Shown one piece after another: positions 9,887-19,512 of a stretch of DNA of 64,000 nucleotides. Positions within the stretch are counted from its first letter, which is position 1; each line of letters starts with the position of its first letter. A model generated the notes under the pieces. It worked only from the letters and a program-made list of their open reading frames with translations. It ran no database searches and was not told the DNA's origin. This DNA comes from Marinicella sp. (GTDB taxonomy: Bacteria > Pseudomonadota > Gammaproteobacteria > Xanthomonadales > Marinicellaceae). The position numbers and the translations under genes were made by a program. The DNA is taken from the NCBI GenBank assembly GCA_965230295.1, contig OZ246001.1:1120001-1184000 (forward strand), read 5' to 3'.

Positions 9887-10099
9887 TCAAGGTTTGAGAA
9901 ACACTGGCTGGTTGGGTTCAATCCAACCCATTTTTGCGGCCAAAATGATGAACAGAAACAACAAGACGCTCAAGGCCACTCGAACAGTTAAAAACCGCAC
10001 AGTATTTTGACTTTGACCCTTACCTTTCACCAAATAAAACATGGCAGAGCCGAGGCTGAACAGGATGAACAGTAGCATGACAACAATGAGGTATTTCAT
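9887..10099 (-). CDS. Twin transmembrane helix small protein (DUF2909/HIG1-like)
   Basis: ILFSLGSAMFYLVK..LTVRVALS..GWIEP; lies in the cox cluster. Confidence 0.85.
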   Translation of the reverse strand: MKYLIVVMLLFILFSLGSAMFYLVKGKGQSQNTVRFLTVRVALSVLLFLFIILAAKMGWIEPNQPVFLKP

Positions 10100-10148
10100 A
10101 AGTGGGTATCGCTTCGTTTAAGTGGCGTTATTTTAATGGATTAAACGT

Positions 10149-10175
10149 AAAAAACCCATCAAAGTGATGGGTTTT
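10149..10175 (-). terminator. Intrinsic terminator after coxC
   Basis: AAAACCCATC-N5-GATGGGTTTT hairpin with T6 on the minus strand. Confidence 0.75.
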
Positions 10176-10201
10176 CAACGTCAGAATTATGTTTTATCGA
10201 T

Positions 10202-11074
10202 TCAGATGATGTAGACAAATATAAACAGTCCCAACCAAACCACATCAACAAAGTGCCAGTACCATGCCACGGCTTCAAAACCGAAGTGACTTTCTGGACG
10301 GAAGTGACCTCGAATCACCCGAATGGTGATCACCGCGATCATGATGGCACCTAATGTCACATGCATGCCGTGGAAACCGGTCAACATAAAGAAGGTGGAT
10401 CCATAAATACCTGAAGATAGTTTCAAGTTCAGGTGTTTATAAGCTTCAACATACTCTTCTGCTTGATAGAACAAAAAGACGGCGCCCAAGATCACTGTCG
10501 CAATCAACCAAATGATCGTTTGGCTGCGGTTATTGGCCCTTAAAGCATGGTGTGCAATGGTGATGGTGACCGAACTGGCCAATAACAACAAGGTGTTGAT
10601 CAAGGGTAAATGATAAGGGTCGATCAGCTCAAATCGGCCATTCAATTCTCCAGGACCATTGGTTGGCCAGACCCCTTCATAACCTGGATAGAGGACTTCG
10701 TTGGTCGATAAACCAGTACCTTCACCACCCAACCAGGGCACTGAAAAGTTACGTGCATAAAACAAGGCGCCAAAGAAGCAGGCAAAAAACATCACTTCTG
10801 AAAAAATGAACCAAATCATACCCATGCGAAATGAGGTATCAACCTGGGTGTTGTACAGTTTGTCTTCGCTTTCTTTGATGACTTCACCAAACCAACCAAA
10901 CATCATCCATAAAATGATGGCAATTCCCAGATACAAAACCCAAGGCGTTCCCGGATTCTCACTGTTCAATTGATTGATGGCACCCAATACGGTTACGGTT
11001 AAACCAATGGAACCAACAATTGGCCATTTGGCCAGATGTGGCACGTAATATTGATCTTTACTAACTTCTGACAT
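10202..11074 (-). CDS. coxC: Cytochrome c oxidase subunit III
   Basis: WFIFSEVMFF, TFFMLTGFHGMHV, AWYWHFVDVVW. Confidence 0.96.
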   Translation of the reverse strand: MSEVSKDQYYVPHLAKWPIVGSIGLTVTVLGAINQLNSENPGTPWVLYLGIAIILWMMFGWFGEVIKESEDKLYNTQVDTSFRMGMIWFIFSEVMFFACFFGALFYARNFSVPWLGGEGTGLSTNEVLYPGYEGVWPTNGPGELNGRFELIDPYHLPLINTLLLLASSVTITIAHHALRANNRSQTIIWLIATVILGAVFLFYQAEEYVEAYKHLNLKLSSGIYGSTFFMLTGFHGMHVTLGAIMIAVITIRVIRGHFRPESHFGFEAVAWYWHFVDVVWLGLFIFVYII

Positions 11075-11092
11075 GCTAATTGCCCCTAATAT

Positions 11093-11662
11093 TTAAATTT
11101 TTTCATGTATGGCATCACCAGCAGCCTGTTGTTCTGCGGTCATGCGATTTTTGTTAAAAAAGGTGTATGACAAAGTCAACACCTCAATGTCTTTCGGTAT
11201 GTCCGAACTGACGATAAAAGTCACCGGCATATTTTTCTTTTCACCAGGTGTCAGCAACTGCTCGGTAAAACAAAAGCACTCTGTTTTACTGAAATAAAGA
11301 GATGCTTCGTTGGGTGCCACGCTGGGAACCGCTTGACCAGTGACATCGATTTCAGCAATGTTTTGTGCAATGTACTCTGTTGAGTACAGTTTACCAGGCA
11401 CCACTTCCATGGAAAATTGTTGTGGTTTGAATGACCAGGGCAAATCACTGTTGACCGTGCCATCAAACTGTACCGTCACGGTGTGGTTGGCAGTTTGGTT
11501 GGTCACGTCTTCAGTGGCAATGACCCCTGTTTTACCATTCAAACCAGTGACTTCACAAATCACGTCATACAAAGGCACCAATGCAAAACCGAAGCCAACC
11601 ATAATGGCGGACACCAACAGGCCTTTCCTCAATACCCGACTGTTCGCTTGATCACGTTGCAT
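11093..11662 (-). CDS. ctaG: Cytochrome c oxidase assembly protein CtaG/Cox11
   Basis: ALVPLYDVICEVTGLNG, KTECFCF, TLSYTFF. Confidence 0.95.
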   Translation of the reverse strand: MQRDQANSRVLRKGLLVSAIMVGFGFALVPLYDVICEVTGLNGKTGVIATEDVTNQTANHTVTVQFDGTVNSDLPWSFKPQQFSMEVVPGKLYSTEYIAQNIAEIDVTGQAVPSVAPNEASLYFSKTECFCFTEQLLTPGEKKNMPVTFIVSSDIPKDIEVLTLSYTFFNKNRMTAEQQAAGDAIHEKI

Positions 11663-11780
11663 GAGTCACCACTATATAGACTGCCCAAGAAAAGAACCCC
11701 AAAGCCACCACTGCCAATATCAAGGCTGTCTTTCTGGCGGCTTTGCGCTGTGCTTGGATTTGTTTATCGTCCTGGTTCAT
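11652..11780 (-). CDS. 42-aa single-TM small protein in the cox operon (absent from the ORF track)
   Basis: MNQDDKQIQAQRKAARKTALILAVVALGFFSWAVYIVVTHAT*; starts 7 bp after the coxA stop and overlaps the ctaG start. Confidence 0.75.
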   Translation of the reverse strand: MNQDDKQIQAQRKAARKTALILAVVALGFFSWAVYIVVTHAT

Positions 11781-11787
11781 CGTTCAA

Positions 11788-13407
11788 TCAGTGAACTTTA
11801 CCATGAGCCATCTTATCCAGGTCTACTGGACCAAATTCTTCGAACGTGTGGTATGGCGCTGGAGAAGGAACAGTCCACTCCAAACCTTTGGCACCTTCCC
11901 AAACTTCATCAGTCGCTTTTTCACCACCTTTAACGGTTTTCCACACAATGTAGATGAAGAAGACTTGTGCCAGACCAAAGGCAAACCCGCCGATCGATGA
12001 CCACATGTTGAATTCTGCAAATTGGGTGGAGTAATCCGGAATACGACGTGGCATACCTGCCAAGCCCAAGAAATGTTGTGGGAAGAACAAGACATTGACT
12101 GAAATGGTTGACCACCAGAAGTGAATTTTACCCAACCGTTCGTTGTACATGTGGCCAGACCATTTTGGCAACCAGTAGTAAGCGCCGGCAATGATGGCAT
12201 AAACGGCGCCTGTTACCAGTACATAATGGAAATGCGCCACAATGAAGTAAGTGTCATGGTATTGCAAATCAACTGGAGCCAAGGCCATCATCACACCAGA
12301 AAAACCACCAATGGTGAACAGAATCACAAACGCCAGTGAGAACAACATGGGCGTCTCAAAGGTCATTGAACCTTTCCACATGGTCGCCACCCAGTTGAAG
12401 ATTTTCACCCCTGTTGGCACCGCAATCATCATGGTGGCATACATGAAGTACAACTCACCACCCAACGGCATCCCGACTGAGAACATGTGATGCGCCCATA
12501 CGATGAATGACAAGAAGGCAATGGCAGCTGTGGCATAAACCATCGATACATAACCAAACAATGGCTTACGAGCGAAGGTAGGTATGATTTCAGATACCAC
12601 ACCAAAGGCCGGCAGAATCATGATGTAAACTTCAGGGTGTCCAAAGAACCAGAATATGTGTTGGAACAACACCGGATCACCCCCACCAGCGGCATTAAAG
12701 AAGCTGGTGTCAAAATAACGGTCAGTCAGTAACATGGTCACCGCTCCGGCCAACACAGGCATCACAGCAATCAACAGGAATGCAGTGATCAACCACGTCC
12801 AGACAAACAATGGCATGTTCAAGTAACCCACATTAGGGGCACGCATGTTCATGATGGTGGCAATCACATTGATCGCACCCATGATGGACGAGATACCCAT
12901 CAGATGCACTGCAAATACCAAGTATGCCACGTTGTGACCACCTTGAAGCACCAAAGGAGGATACATGGTCCAACCACCTGCTGGCGCACCACCTTCCATA
13001 AATAAGGTTGATGACAACAAAGTAAAAGCAAAAGGCAGGATCCAAAATGACCAGTTATTCATTCTTGGCAAGGCCATATCAGGCGCACCAATCATCATTG
13101 GAATCATCCAGTTGGCCAAACCTACAAAAGCTGGCATGACCGCACCAAATACCATGATCAAGGCATGCATGGTGGTCATTTGGTTAAAGAAGTCAGGTTC
13201 TACAAATTGCAGACCTGGTTGAAACAATTCCAATCGAATGATCATCGCCATGGCGCCACCCAAAATAAACATGGCAAAAGCAAAGATCAAATACAAAGTA
13301 CCAATGTCTTTGTGGTTGGTGGTCATCAACCATCTTTTCACAAAGCCTTTGGGTTTGTGGTCATGGTGGTCGTGAGATACTTCATCATGTGTGATATCGT
13401 GACTCAT
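11788..13407 (-). CDS. coxA: Cytochrome c oxidase subunit I (A1 type)
   Basis: TTNHKDIGTLY, WFFGHPEVY, VWAHHM, HFHY, GMPRR. Confidence 0.98.
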   Translation of the reverse strand: MSHDITHDEVSHDHHDHKPKGFVKRWLMTTNHKDIGTLYLIFAFAMFILGGAMAMIIRLELFQPGLQFVEPDFFNQMTTMHALIMVFGAVMPAFVGLANWMIPMMIGAPDMALPRMNNWSFWILPFAFTLLSSTLFMEGGAPAGGWTMYPPLVLQGGHNVAYLVFAVHLMGISSIMGAINVIATIMNMRAPNVGYLNMPLFVWTWLITAFLLIAVMPVLAGAVTMLLTDRYFDTSFFNAAGGGDPVLFQHIFWFFGHPEVYIMILPAFGVVSEIIPTFARKPLFGYVSMVYATAAIAFLSFIVWAHHMFSVGMPLGGELYFMYATMMIAVPTGVKIFNWVATMWKGSMTFETPMLFSLAFVILFTIGGFSGVMMALAPVDLQYHDTYFIVAHFHYVLVTGAVYAIIAGAYYWLPKWSGHMYNERLGKIHFWWSTISVNVLFFPQHFLGLAGMPRRIPDYSTQFAEFNMWSSIGGFAFGLAQVFFIYIVWKTVKGGEKATDEVWEGAKGLEWTVPSPAPYHTFEEFGPVDLDKMAHGKVH

Positions 13408-13422
13408 AATAAATCCCCTAAA

Positions 13423-14577
13423 TTATTGTTTCATGCTTTTGACAGTGGCTGGCTGAACAACGTCGCCGACTGAATTGCCAAAAGAATTTCGTGTGTAAGT
13501 AATGGCTGCAGCGATGTCAGTTTCTGACAACAAACCACCAAAAGCTTGCATGGCAGTTCCTGGCTTACCATTCAAAACCAATTCGATTTGATCAGCAGCA
13601 GGTCCGACCACCAGTTCACTGCCAGCCAGAGCCGGAAAGGCCGGAGCCATGCCAGATCCATTGGCTTGGTGACAAACTGCACATTGGCTGTTGTAAACTT
13701 CTTCACCTTTGGCCATCAATTGGTCCATGGTCCATTCAGTTTCAACCAGTTCAGCCTCTTCGGCTTGCTCGCCTTTTTGATCAGCAACCCATTGGGCATA
13801 ATCTTCTTTGCTCAAGACTTCAACCACAATCGGCATGAACCCATGGTCTTTGCCGCATAACTCAGCACATTGACCGCGGTAGGTACCAGGGGTTTTCACA
13901 TTGGTCCAGGCTTCGTTAACATACCCAGGTATGGCATCTCTTTTCCAACCAAAGTCAGGAACCCACCAGGCATGAATCACATCATCAGCCGTTAACAAAA
14001 AGCGGATGTTGGTGTCTACTGGAATCACCAATGGGTTGTCTACATCCAACAGGTAGTTTTCGACGGTGTTGGGATCAACGCCTGAGCCTTTTTGTCTGGC
14101 CAGGTTACTGTCTTTAGACAGGGTACTTAAAAAGCTGATGCCTTCTTCCATGTAGTCGTATTTCCACTTCCACTGGTAGCCGGTGATTTTAACCGTCATG
14201 TCAAACTGCATGCGCTTGCCATCATCATCGGTTGGGTTTTCCATTTGGATCAAGGCGCGGGTTGCTGGAATCGCAATCACCACCAAAATCAAAATCGGAA
14301 TGATGGTCCAGATCACTTCAGCTGTGGTGCTGTGGCTGAATTGTTCTGGCTTGTACCCTTTGGATTTTCGGTGGGTAAAGATTGAAACAATCATTGCCCC
14401 GAACACCACGATACCAATCACGATACAAATCCACAGTGTGAATGTATGCATCCCATAGGCGGTTTCACTGAATTCCGTGACGCCTTTTCTTAAATTCAAT
14501 CCATATTCTGCTGCTGACATGGACGAAACCAACAATCCAGCAATCAGCATCATGAATTTCATTTGTGCTTTTTTCAT
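13423..14577 (-). CDS. coxB: Cytochrome c oxidase subunit II with fused C-terminal cytochrome c
   Basis: CuA motifs DVIHAW and CAELCGKDHGFM; heme motif CAVCH; start placed at MKKAQ, which begins a signal-peptide-like segment. Confidence 0.95.
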   Translation of the reverse strand: MKKAQMKFMMLIAGLLVSSMSAAEYGLNLRKGVTEFSETAYGMHTFTLWICIVIGIVVFGAMIVSIFTHRKSKGYKPEQFSHSTTAEVIWTIIPILILVVIAIPATRALIQMENPTDDDGKRMQFDMTVKITGYQWKWKYDYMEEGISFLSTLSKDSNLARQKGSGVDPNTVENYLLDVDNPLVIPVDTNIRFLLTADDVIHAWWVPDFGWKRDAIPGYVNEAWTNVKTPGTYRGQCAELCGKDHGFMPIVVEVLSKEDYAQWVADQKGEQAEEAELVETEWTMDQLMAKGEEVYNSQCAVCHQANGSGMAPAFPALAGSELVVGPAADQIELVLNGKPGTAMQAFGGLLSETDIAAAITYTRNSFGNSVGDVVQPATVKSMKQ

Positions 14578-14740
14578 AAATTTTACCCTAATGAATTTTT
14601 GAAAACCAAGACCTTGAACGTGTGGCAATGATTATTGTTCGATGCATGCCACACATAACACCTCACAAAAGCTCGTCATTTCTATGACTCAGGCCAATCA
14701 TAAACCCATGTTTTCATTGAAAGTTTAAATGTTCAATGGA

Positions 14741-14757
14741 TGCGACTAAATGTCGCA
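14741..14757. promoter_or_regulatory. RegA/PrrA/RoxR-type palindrome upstream of the cox operon
   Basis: TGCGAC-TAAAT-GTCGCA perfect inverted repeat matching GCGnC..GnCGC. Confidence 0.55.
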
Positions 14758-15004
14758 CAGGTCAGACGCGGCAATTCTACCATGTGATATGCCAAATATC
14801 TGCAACTAGTGTTATTTTTTTGTTAGCAATGGACCCAATAATCTTGAATTAGGCAATGAATTGATGCCACCCGTCCTTTGCCCAATGGTTCAGTTCCGAA
14901 AAAAATAAAAAAAGTTGTGTTGTTTTACACAGCTCAATCATCTCAATAACGAAGCACCAGATATTTGACGGTGCTTTGTGAACATTTATATGAGGAAACA
15001 GACC

Positions 15005-16096
15005 ATGAAAAATGACTACTTACTAACGATTTTATTATTATTGATTTCGCTACCGATTTTCGCGGCAGAATTTTGTGTCACAAGCAGTGCTGGATTACAA
15101 GCGGCCTTGAATTCGGCTGCAAACAACAACCAACACGATTTGATTAAAATTGCAGAAGGCTCTTACACCACCCCAGGTAGTGAGTTCAGCTACACTGAAA
15201 GTGTCGGCTGGGATCTAGAAATTTCAGGTGGCTGGACTGAGTTTTTTGGCAATCCATGTGGTCAACAACTTTCTGGCAACCCATTCAATACAGTTTTGGA
15301 CGGTGACAGCAGCAACCGGATCATGAACATCCGTTCAGGCGGCTCTTCAGACATCACCATCAGCAGTTTGGCCTTCATTAACGGTGGGACTTCAAACCTA
15401 TCAAATGGCGGAGGTTTGCGATTCTGGCCAACCAACACGAACAATCACACCGGGAAAGTGGTTATTGAAAGATCTGCATTCATCAACAATACGGCTGAAG
15501 AAGCCAGTGCAATTTCCTTTCTCAGTGCAGGGTTACGGAATCACATACGCAACAATATATTCGTTGTAAACAGCACAACCAACGGTTCAAATACTGTCGT
15601 CATCAACCAGGACTTGTCAGCAGGCATTTACTTCACCAACAACACCATGGTTACCAATTCCGGAGATGCGGCCAACAACCGCGGTGGTTTAAGAATTTTC
15701 ACCACCTCGACATCAAATGCTTACGTGGGAAATAACGTGCTGTATGACAACGGCAGTGAGGATTTTAGAGTCACCGGCTCAGGACAGGTATACTTGCATT
15801 ATAACAATGTTGACCTGGTTTTCGGCGCAAGCTCAAGCAGCCTCATAGGTAATTTTTCTGCAGATCCCGAGTTCAATCCAGGCATATTAAACTACACACC
15901 TTCATATGGATCACCCTTGGTTAACCAAGGGTATGACCCTCCCAATATTGTTCCATTTCCAACACCTTTTAATCTGGCATGGTTTGAAGGCACAGTAGAT
16001 ATCTTTGGCAACCCCAGAAAACAAGATGGGAAAGTCGACATTGGAGCGGTTGAGACTGAGCCAGAACCGCCTATATTCGCAAATGGGTTTGAATAA
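15005..16096 (+). CDS. Secreted right-handed beta-helix-like protein with choice-of-anchor Q-like region and terminal IFANGFE tag
   Basis: RBS GAGG; signal peptide; Asn/Gly-rich repeats (GGGL, FINN, FTNNT..N); SPLVNQG..DIFGNPR..VDIGAVE; ends PPIFANGFE. Confidence 0.8.
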   Translation: MKNDYLLTILLLLISLPIFAAEFCVTSSAGLQAALNSAANNNQHDLIKIAEGSYTTPGSEFSYTESVGWDLEISGGWTEFFGNPCGQQLSGNPFNTVLDGDSSNRIMNIRSGGSSDITISSLAFINGGTSNLSNGGGLRFWPTNTNNHTGKVVIERSAFINNTAEEASAISFLSAGLRNHIRNNIFVVNSTTNGSNTVVINQDLSAGIYFTNNTMVTNSGDAANNRGGLRIFTTSTSNAYVGNNVLYDNGSEDFRVTGSGQVYLHYNNVDLVFGASSSSLIGNFSADPEFNPGILNYTPSYGSPLVNQGYDPPNIVPFPTPFNLAWFEGTVDIFGNPRKQDGKVDIGAVETEPEPPIFANGFE

Positions 16097-16102
16097 GTTC
16101 CC

Positions 16103-18685
16103 TTAATCTAGCAGGTGCTCTTGGCCATCAATGGCTTCGAGCATCTGTTGCAGCTTGGTTTCAGCTCTTGCGACTTCTGCATGATCCTGGCCCAAAAAAT
16201 CAATTTGCGCTTGAATCAATGCTTTTTGCGCCAAAACCGCAGATTGATCTTGACCAGCCTGAATCAGGCCATCAACCTGATGACCTTTAACCAAAATGAA
16301 ATACGGGTTGTTGCGTCCAAATTGGGCGACCAACCCAGCCAATGCGTTTTCCCAGACTGGCAACCCCAATGTCACTTGATTCAAACCCATGTGGCTGACT
16401 GCAATGTTGTCTTGCAACAACAAGGTGATTAAATGCCGCTCACCCAAACCCTCCAGTGCAACGGGAAGGCTTTCATCGCTGATTAAAAGGGATTCTTCGT
16501 ATCGACTGGTGTTGTTCAACAATTCACCCAGGTTATAGGCCAGTTTCAAGGTTTCAATGTGGTCATTGCCCATCTTTTCGTTTGCATTCTGGTAAGCTGT
16601 TCTCATCAGATCCTCACCTTCAATCATTCGCCCCAATGAAACGTAAGTATTGGCTAAATTGATATGGGTTTTTATCGCATCTTCACTTTCAGCACCCTCT
16701 AACTGAGTAACCAATTCAGCAGCACGCTCTTGATAAACCAAAGCCTCATCAAGCTTTCCTTGACGTTGTAAGTTCCCGCCTAAGTTAATCAACATAATCA
16801 AATAACCATGATTATCCTTGCCAAAATATTGCTCTGCCAGCTGCATAGACTGTACCAGGATTTCCTCAGCATCTGACCACCGTCCCAAGTGATTCAGCAC
16901 CAATGCCAAATTGTTATTCGCAGCCAGAACATTGGTGGGTTTGGGACTGTCTGTAGAACCCAGTGTGGCCAGAGCTGCACGCGCAACTTGTTCGGCTTCA
17001 TGAAACTTGGTTTGTTCGATATGGGTAACTGTCAATGCCATCAAGGCCAAGAATTTTGTGTTTTGATATTTCGTCTGCCGGGGTATTTGATCCAATAATT
17101 GATTCAACATCACTTCTGCTTTGTTGTATGCCCCTGATCGCCTTTCAGCATCAGCTGCATCCACTTTCGCATGCAAATTCAAATCCATGAATTGTGGCTC
17201 GGGGTCTGTGACATCAATGATTTGTTGTAATAATTTTTGACCGGCTTCATTGCGGCCTAATATCTTTTCGGTCCTTGCCACTTGTAATTTCATTCGCAAC
17301 ACATCTCTTAAATTGGCATCAGGATCATTTTCAAGAAGTGACAATCCTTTTTTGAATTGTTGGTTACTTTGGACCATTAATTTCAGGTTTTGGTATGACT
17401 TGCCGATGGCCTCACTGATGGCTGCCAGCGCCAGAGGCTGAGCAGCAAAACGGTCTGTAGAATTCTTGGCTGCCAAATCCAGCATATCAGCAACCCTGAC
17501 CTCTCGACCTTTGCCAACATCAAAGGTTGAACCCAAAATCTCTTGCAAGAATTCATTGACTGCTTCTGCTTTTTGCTGTTCCTGAACAGCTTTCTGCCGT
17601 TCAACATTGGCAAAATACAAACCCGAACTGGCCAACACCAGGCCGAACAACAATGAGCCTATGATGCCCATCACCATGCGCCGTTTTTTTCGCTGCACCG
17701 GCTCTTCCCTAACCAACTCAAGCGCCTTAATGATCACACTGGCTGTTGGCCTGGATTGTGGATGCGGGTTGATCATGGCCTGAATCAACCTCAGCATTGA
17801 TGTTGGCATATCTGGCCTGAAGCTTCGCAGTGATAAATAAGCTGAATTCTGGTGTGCCTGGGCAATGTCGAGTATATTTTCACCTTTGACCGGATATTGA
17901 CCACTGGCCATTTTAAACAGCAAACAACCCATGGCATAAATGTCACTGGCTGGACTTTTGGGCGAATCAGCAAACAATTCTGGTGCCATCAGCATGGGGG
18001 AACCTACTGAGTGATTACTGGGGTGATTGGAACCACTTTCCAAACCTGCACCAAAATCCATCAACACATATTGATCATTCTGATCCAACATCACATTGGC
18101 TGCTTTGACATCACCATGAACCAAACCTGCCTCGTGAACAGCCTTTAAAGCTTGGCTCAATGCGACACCTGCACTCAATAATTCTTCTAATTCGACACGG
18201 GTGTGACCCTCTAAAGTTTTTCCTAAAATCAAATCAGACCAGAAACCCACCTGCCCATCATGTACGCCAGCACCATGAATCGCCAGCACATGCCGGTTTC
18301 GAACTTGGGCGATGCGTTGGGCTTCTTCAATAAACAGTTTACTGTGAAAGCCAGCCAGTTGATCAGGTTTTAACAGTTTCAGTGCCACATCCCTGTTTAA
18401 CACCGGATCAAATGCCCGGTAGACATCTCCATACCCACCTTCGCCCAATTGTTCAATGACCTGGAGGTGACCCCATTCAAACAGGGCCACCACAGCATTT
18501 TGTGATGGCTGCTGATAAACCTGATGATGAGACGCAAACACTTGCTGGATGTCATGGATGCGCTTCAGCTGCTGCAAGATTTCATTTTCAGACTCGTTAT
18601 GAATGTCTTGTGTGTCCCAATCGACCGGCTCATCTGAAGCCATTTGATTCAGCAATGCCTGCCATTTGTCACCGGGGTCATTCAC
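16103..18685 (-). CDS. Membrane Ser/Thr (Hanks) kinase with C-terminal TPR array
   Basis: LGEGGYGDV, VALKLL, HGDVKAANV, DFG, MAPE, DIYAMG; one TM; TPR repeats such as NNLALVLNHLGRWSDAE. Confidence 0.92.
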   Translation of the reverse strand: MNDPGDKWQALLNQMASDEPVDWDTQDIHNESENEILQQLKRIHDIQQVFASHHQVYQQPSQNAVVALFEWGHLQVIEQLGEGGYGDVYRAFDPVLNRDVALKLLKPDQLAGFHSKLFIEEAQRIAQVRNRHVLAIHGAGVHDGQVGFWSDLILGKTLEGHTRVELEELLSAGVALSQALKAVHEAGLVHGDVKAANVMLDQNDQYVLMDFGAGLESGSNHPSNHSVGSPMLMAPELFADSPKSPASDIYAMGCLLFKMASGQYPVKGENILDIAQAHQNSAYLSLRSFRPDMPTSMLRLIQAMINPHPQSRPTASVIIKALELVREEPVQRKKRRMVMGIIGSLLFGLVLASSGLYFANVERQKAVQEQQKAEAVNEFLQEILGSTFDVGKGREVRVADMLDLAAKNSTDRFAAQPLALAAISEAIGKSYQNLKLMVQSNQQFKKGLSLLENDPDANLRDVLRMKLQVARTEKILGRNEAGQKLLQQIIDVTDPEPQFMDLNLHAKVDAADAERRSGAYNKAEVMLNQLLDQIPRQTKYQNTKFLALMALTVTHIEQTKFHEAEQVARAALATLGSTDSPKPTNVLAANNNLALVLNHLGRWSDAEEILVQSMQLAEQYFGKDNHGYLIMLINLGGNLQRQGKLDEALVYQERAAELVTQLEGAESEDAIKTHINLANTYVSLGRMIEGEDLMRTAYQNANEKMGNDHIETLKLAYNLGELLNNTSRYEESLLISDESLPVALEGLGERHLITLLLQDNIAVSHMGLNQVTLGLPVWENALAGLVAQFGRNNPYFILVKGHQVDGLIQAGQDQSAVLAQKALIQAQIDFLGQDHAEVARAETKLQQMLEAIDGQEHLLD

Positions 18686-19248
18686 TTCATGTTCTCTGCA
18701 AGTTTATACAAGGATCGTGCCACAATCATTCTGGCTGCATTGGCTGAAGAACATTCAATAGCAGCAGCAATTTCAGGGTATGAATAGCCCAATTCAACAC
18801 GCAATATCACCGCTTCCCTTGCTTGCTCGGAAATCTTCATCAACGCATTCTCATATTTTTCAATCACTTCAGACCCGATCGCTTTTTCTAAAGCAGAAGT
18901 GGCTGTGAGGTCATCACTTTCTTGATGTTGTTGTTTGAGCAAGTCCCTTTGGTTGCTGAATCGACGGATTTCCATGCGGATGTTATTCAGCAGAATTTTT
19001 CTTAAATAGGCCAGGAAAGCCCCTTCTCTGATCGAACTGAATGAGTCCAATTTGTTCATTGCTTTGATCAATGTATTTTGTACCATGTCATCGGTCTCAG
19101 CCAAATCACGGGCATAAGCCGGTAGTCGACCATGCGCCCAACGCCTCAGCATGGGCAAATAAGTGTTGCACAATTGTTCACGGGCCAAATCATCGCCTTT
19201 TTTAACTCTGGCCAACAAGGTAGCCGTTGATTCAAGTTTTGCCCGCAT
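18682..19248 (-). CDS. ECF sigma-70 factor, kinase-associated type
   Basis: STATLLARVKKGD..A; ETDDMVQ in region 2.2; region 4 ILRVELGYSYPEIA; 4-bp overlap with the kinase gene. Confidence 0.9.
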   Translation of the reverse strand: MRAKLESTATLLARVKKGDDLAREQLCNTYLPMLRRWAHGRLPAYARDLAETDDMVQNTLIKAMNKLDSFSSIREGAFLAYLRKILLNNIRMEIRRFSNQRDLLKQQHQESDDLTATSALEKAIGSEVIEKYENALMKISEQAREAVILRVELGYSYPEIAAAIECSSANAARMIVARSLYKLAENMK

Positions 19249-19338
19249 ATTCAGTTCATAGTAAATCTAATACCATTATATAGCATCCTTAATGCCTCTT
19301 ATGCTTTGCAATAATTTAATTAAAAACTTGCAAACTAA

Positions 19339-19470
19339 CTAAGCTCGCCAAGCCGGTTGGTGAGCTTAGCGAATCAGAGGCGAAGTGTGCGAAATAATAA
19401 GCCATGTTCGCAGCGGCCGCTTTCACTTTTTTCGGAGATAAAAGTGAATGAAGTCCCAAGAACATTCCTT
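19339..19470 (+). repeat. Structured dispersed intergenic element, copy A
   Basis: Several hairpins; its 3' 29 nt match the reverse complement of 51983-52011 at 28/29; its 5' block matches 52102-52123 at 16/22. Confidence 0.7.
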
Positions 19471-19512
19471 TATAATCCACGCAGCCTTAATAATTTTGTT
19501 GGAACCTCGATC

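Noticed and set aside
19357-19512. N-terminal extension of PutA given by the ORF track
   Set aside because: It runs through the structured repeat and does not resemble an RHH domain; ATG 19513 fits better
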